DNA of 64,000 nucleotides from Pseudomonadota bacterium (GTDB lineage Bacteria; Myxococcota; JACRCW01; JAFGSX01): NCBI GenBank assembly GCA_043821645.1, contig JBDRCO010000070.1, positions 1 to 64,000 of the forward strand, read 5' to 3'. Shown piece by piece: positions 60,793 to 64,000 of this stretch (position 1 is its first letter; each line of letters starts with the position of its first letter). The notes under the pieces were generated by a model. It saw only the letters and a program-made list of their open reading frames with translations, ran no database searches and was not told where the DNA came from. The position numbers and the translations under genes were made by a program.

Positions 60793-61931
60793 GGCTGCAC
60801 CTCACCGCCCGAGCCTGCAGGCGCCTGCAACTCGCGCACTTCGAACTCCTCCGAGGGCAAAAAGAACAGCACCACCGTGGCCACGAACAGCGCACCTGTG
60901 GCGTACATCCCGACATTCGCTGCCGTGGCCAGGTACGGTCCCACCGCCGTGGAGGTGGAGACAGTCCCCGCGTCCGTGCCTCCATTGTCCGAGGCTGGAC
61001 GCGTCTTCTCCTGCATCAGCACCCAGCTCATGCCATAGGTGCCACCGACGGCACCGAGGGTCACCAGACCTGCCACGCCGGTGAGCGCGGCGCTCGTCCA
61101 CGCCAGTCCACGCCACAGCGTCATGTGCTTCTCGACATACTTGACCTTGTTCGGATCCCCCTGGGAGACGACCTGTTTGGGTCTCGGGATGGGCTTCTGA
61201 CCCGCCGTGGCGTCCCCCATCTCGAGCCGTCGCGCCATCCACTGCGTGAAGAACACCACCTCGTCATCGATGCCATTGAAGGTGTCGGTCACCCGTCGCA
61301 CCACCTTGAGGTCCACGAGGTTGATCTTCTTGAGCGATAGCAGCGTGCTCTCGCCCATCTTGGAGACCGATCCGGTGACCAGGAAGTCCACACCCAGGGC
61401 TCCTCCCAGCTCGGCCAGGCAACTCTCCTCGCCGCAGCCCAGGAGCTGCTTCTCGGCCTCGAAGGAGATCATCGAGCGGATGTCTGCTCGCGACATGACC
61501 TCGCACTTCGAGCGCTGCCCGATCTCCGTGGCCAGAGCATCGGTCAGGGCCTCGACGCCCTTCTCGGTGAATCCATCGCCTGCCTTGAGGTCGAGCACCG
61601 CGATCTTGCAGGTTCTCGCGACGGCGGGCGGCGGTATCGGCTTCGGTGCCGGGCTGGCCACGGGCTGTGGTGCAGGCACCGGTGACGGCAGCACAGGCAT
61701 CGAGGCGGGCTCGCTCTGGGCTGGCGCGGACTCCGGGCTCTCCTCGACGACCGCTTCCACGGCTGAGGCAGACGCCGTGTCGTCGGCAAGGACGGGAGGC
61801 ACAGGCGCGTCCGTCCCGGCCGAGGGCAGGTTGTGCTCCGACGTCGCGTCGGGATCTGGCGCCTCGACAAGAGGTGGAGCCTGCGCGGGGACCTGCACGA
61901 GCTGCAGCGCCAGGATCAGCACTGGGAACAT
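60789..61931 (-). CDS. Exported protein: Pro-rich linker, CsgG/TolB-N-like domain, C-terminal hydrophobic hairpin
   Basis: GGAGGGG RBS before ATG 61931; KIAVLDL...QLLGC.EESCLAELGGALGVDFLVTGSVSK; two C-terminal hydrophobic helices; ATGA overlap with the downstream lipoprotein. Confidence 0.75.
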   Translation of the reverse strand: MFPVLILALQLVQVPAQAPPLVEAPDPDATSEHNLPSAGTDAPVPPVLADDTASASAVEAVVEESPESAPAQSEPASMPVLPSPVPAPQPVASPAPKPIPPPAVARTCKIAVLDLKAGDGFTEKGVEALTDALATEIGQRSKCEVMSRADIRSMISFEAEKQLLGCGEESCLAELGGALGVDFLVTGSVSKMGESTLLSLKKINLVDLKVVRRVTDTFNGIDDEVVFFTQWMARRLEMGDATAGQKPIPRPKQVVSQGDPNKVKYVEKHMTLWRGLAWTSAALTGVAGLVTLGAVGGTYGMSWVLMQEKTRPASDNGGTDAGTVSTSTAVGPYLATAANVGMYATGALFVATVVLFFLPSEEFEVRELQAPAGSGGEVQP

Positions 61932-61997
61932 GTCCCCTCCATGACGTCCGGAGAGGTTCGGCAACTCCAGATCCGGACGCGGTGAAAATGTTCGAGC

Positions 61998-62026
61998 AGA
62001 ATCGACCGGCTCTGATTCCTTGTCAA
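61998..62026 (-). promoter_or_regulatory. Putative sigma70-type promoter for the CsgG-like / Cys-rich operon
   Basis: Minus strand TTGACA, 17-nt spacer, GATTCT. Confidence 0.45.
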
Positions 62027-62072
62027 ACACGCACCGTGTGAGAGGCGAGCCCCGCGGGTCCGTCCGTGCGCG

Positions 62073-62102
62073 TTGACCCCGTGCCTCGGACTGCTCTACG
62101 CT
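62073..62102 (+). promoter_or_regulatory. Putative sigma70-type promoter for sctV
   Basis: TTGACC, 18-nt spacer, TACGCT; back-to-back with the minus-strand promoter. Confidence 0.4.
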
Positions 62103-62165
62103 CCCCTGTCCTGCCAGGAATCGCGATGCAGCGGCTCGTCAGAGCCGGGCACGAGGGACGGGTTC

Positions 62166-64000
62166 ATGAAGAAGTTCATCGACATCATCATGCAGGGCGA
62201 CGTGGTCATCGTGCTCAGGCGATACGCCGACCTGATGCTCGCCTTCCTGGTGGTCGCGGTCGTCGGGCTGATGATCATCCCGGTCCCGACCTTCATCATG
62301 GACCTCTTGCTGGTCCTCAACATCTCCATCTCGATGGTGATGCTGCTCATCTCGATGTACATCCCCAACGTGCTCAAGCTGGCGTCGTTTCCGACCATCA
62401 TCCTGGTCACGACCCTGTTTCGACTCGCCCTCAACGTCTCGTCAACCCGCCTGATTCTGCTGTACGCCAAGGCCGGTGAAGTCATCAAGTCCTTCGGCCA
62501 GTTCGTGGTGCAGGGCAACTTCGTCGTCGGCGCCGTGATCTTTTTGGTGCTGATCCTCATCAACTTCCTGGTCATCAGCAAGGGCTCGGAGCGCGTGTCC
62601 GAGGTGGCCGCCCGCTTCACCCTCGACGCCATGCCGGGCAAGCAGATGTCCATCGACGCCGACCTTCGTGCCGGCGCCTTCGATCTGGACGAGGCACGCC
62701 GCCGCCGTAACGACCTCGGCCGCGAATCGCAGTTCTTCGGCGCCATGGACGGCGCCATGAAGTTCGTCAAGGGCGACTCCATCGCAGGCCTGATCATCAC
62801 GGCCATCAACATCGTGGCCGGCATCATCATCGGCATCACCCAGAAGGACATGAGTGCCGGCGAGGCGGTCGAGACCTACTCCATCCTGACCATCGGCGAC
62901 GGTCTGGTCTCCATCATCCCCTCCCTGCTGATGTCGGTGTGCGCCGGTCTCGTCGTCACCCGGGTGGCCTCCGAGGAAGAGGGCACCAACATGGGTATGG
63001 ATCTGGCCACCCAGATCCTGGCCCAGCCCAAGGCCTTTGCCATTGCCGGCGGCTTCCTGTTCGTGCTGGGCATGGTCCCTGGCCTTCCCACCGTGCCCTT
63101 CACGGTCATGTCGGTATTGATCTGCGGCCTGTCCTACGGCCTGTTCAAGGCTCAGAAGGTCAAGGGGCCGGGCATGATGGATGCCGTCGAGGAGCGCGAG
63201 GAGGAGGTCAAGGAGGAGAAACAAAAGGCGGTGCAGCGCGCCAAGGTCCAGGAGGGACAGTCGCAGCAGATGTTGCCCGTGGTCACCCCCATTGCCCTCG
63301 AGGTGGCGCAAGATCTGATCCCGCTGGTCGACGACGCCCAGGGCTCAGCCTTCCTCAACGATATGATCCCGATGATGCGCGACGGCTTGTTCTACGAGCT
63401 CGGCGTGCGCTACCCCGGCCTGCGCGTGCGCGGCAACGAGGGCGATCTGCCCAAGGGCGCCTACATCATCATGATCAACGAGATCCCCCTGGTCATGGGC
63501 ACCGTCGACCAGGAGAAGCTGCTGGTCAACGACACCCCCGACCGCCTCAAGCTGCTCAACATCGAGGGCGAGCCCGCGGTCAACCCGGCCAACCAGAGCG
63601 AATGCGCGTGGATCAGCATCGTGCACAAGGAAGTCGCCGAGCAAGCCGGTCTGACGACGTGGGATGCAGCAGGCTACATGGTGCTGCACCTGTCCGCAGT
63701 GCTGCGCAAGAACGCCAGCGAGTTCGTCGGTATCCAGGAGACCCAGAACATGCTCGAGCAGCTCGAGCAGGCTTTCCCGGCCCTGGTCAAGGAGGTGGTG
63801 CCCAAGGCCGTCAGCCCCTTCCAGCTCACCGACATCCTGCGCCGCCTGGTCGAGGAGGAGATCTCCATCCGCGACCTGCGCAGCATCCTGCAGGCCCTGG
63901 CCGAGTGGGGCCCCGTCGAGAACGACACGGTCATGCTCACCGAGTACGTGCGCGCGGCGCTCAAGCGCTACATCTCGCACAAGTACACCCGCGGCCAGTC
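62166..64000 (+). CDS. sctV: Type III secretion export gate protein SctV (LcrD/EscV family), 3' end runs off the window
   Basis: Manual translation from ATG 62166, open to the end: FPTIILVTTLFRLALNVSSTRLILL, KGSERVSEVAARFTLDAMPGKQMSIDADL, FFGAMDGAMKFVKGD, LTIGDGLVS, GIQET, LVEEEISIRDLR. Absent from the ORF track. Confidence 0.95.
   Translation, partial: MKKFIDIIMQGDVVIVLRRYADLMLAFLVVAVVGLMIIPVPTFIMDLLLVLNISISMVMLLISMYIPNVLKLASFPTIILVTTLFRLALNVSSTRLILLYAKAGEVIKSFGQFVVQGNFVVGAVIFLVLILINFLVISKGSERVSEVAARFTLDAMPGKQMSIDADLRAGAFDLDEARRRRNDLGRESQFFGAMDGAMKFVKGDSIAGLIITAINIVAGIIIGITQKDMSAGEAVETYSILTIGDGLVSIIPSLLMSVCAGLVVTRVASEEEGTNMGMDLATQILAQPKAFAIAGGFLFVLGMVPGLPTVPFTVMSVLICGLSYGLFKAQKVKGPGMMDAVEEREEEVKEEKQKAVQRAKVQEGQSQQMLPVVTPIALEVAQDLIPLVDDAQGSAFLNDMIPMMRDGLFYELGVRYPGLRVRGNEGDLPKGAYIIMINEIPLVMGTVDQEKLLVNDTPDRLKLLNIEGEPAVNPANQSECAWISIVHKEVAEQAGLTTWDAAGYMVLHLSAVLRKNASEFVGIQETQNMLEQLEQAFPALVKEVVPKAVSPFQLTDILRRLVEEEISIRDLRSILQALAEWGPVENDTVMLTEYVRAALKRYISHKYTRGQ

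Noticed and set aside
62096-63980. Minus-strand ORFs 62096-62851, 62442-63311 and 63345-63980
   Set aside because: Shadows of the plus-strand sctV frame, which carries the conserved FHIPEP motifs.
62166-64000. Flagellar flhA call
   Set aside because: Lacks the FlhA-type insertion after RLILL, has SctV-like cytoplasmic motifs, and no flhB or other flagellar gene lies upstream.

Overview
GC-rich bacterial chromosomal segment, most consistent with a Myxococcota (myxobacteria-like) organism. The clues are a MYXO-CTERM tail, many Cys-rich lipoproteins with Asp-periodic linkers, three eukaryote-like Ser/Thr kinases and a myxobacterial-type SctV. About 50 CDSs; I saw no rRNA, tRNA, CRISPR array or transposase. 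In order: an edge-truncated secreted protein, cyclophilin, LOG-family protein, Cys-rich lipoprotein and PAS hybrid kinase; a GldA/F/G-like ABC + DUF4340 + MobB-MobA operon; an ~11 kb block of modular surface lipoproteins (Gly-rich/glycoside hydrolase-like, M4 protease-TSP3, YD-like, tandem DUF2341-LamG); a kinase cluster; accA-hisC-cmk-acylase divergent from a tdk-upp-hpt salvage operon; a TolB-like propeller + MYXO-CTERM amidase pair; a COG2403 P-loop enzyme (probable arginine synthetase ArcE) next to argF; an isolated nuoJKLMN module; a CsgG-like + Cys-rich lipoprotein pair; and an edge-truncated T3SS export gate sctV missing from the ORF track. Best leads: (1) arcE-argF; (2) two coupled membrane kinases sharing a kinase / Zn-ribbon / ribosomal L7/L12-CTD-like architecture; (3) sctV with its divergent neighbours; (4) strictly periodic Asp linkers; (5) the surface amidase pair. 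All family calls come from recognising motifs by eye, not from database searches.
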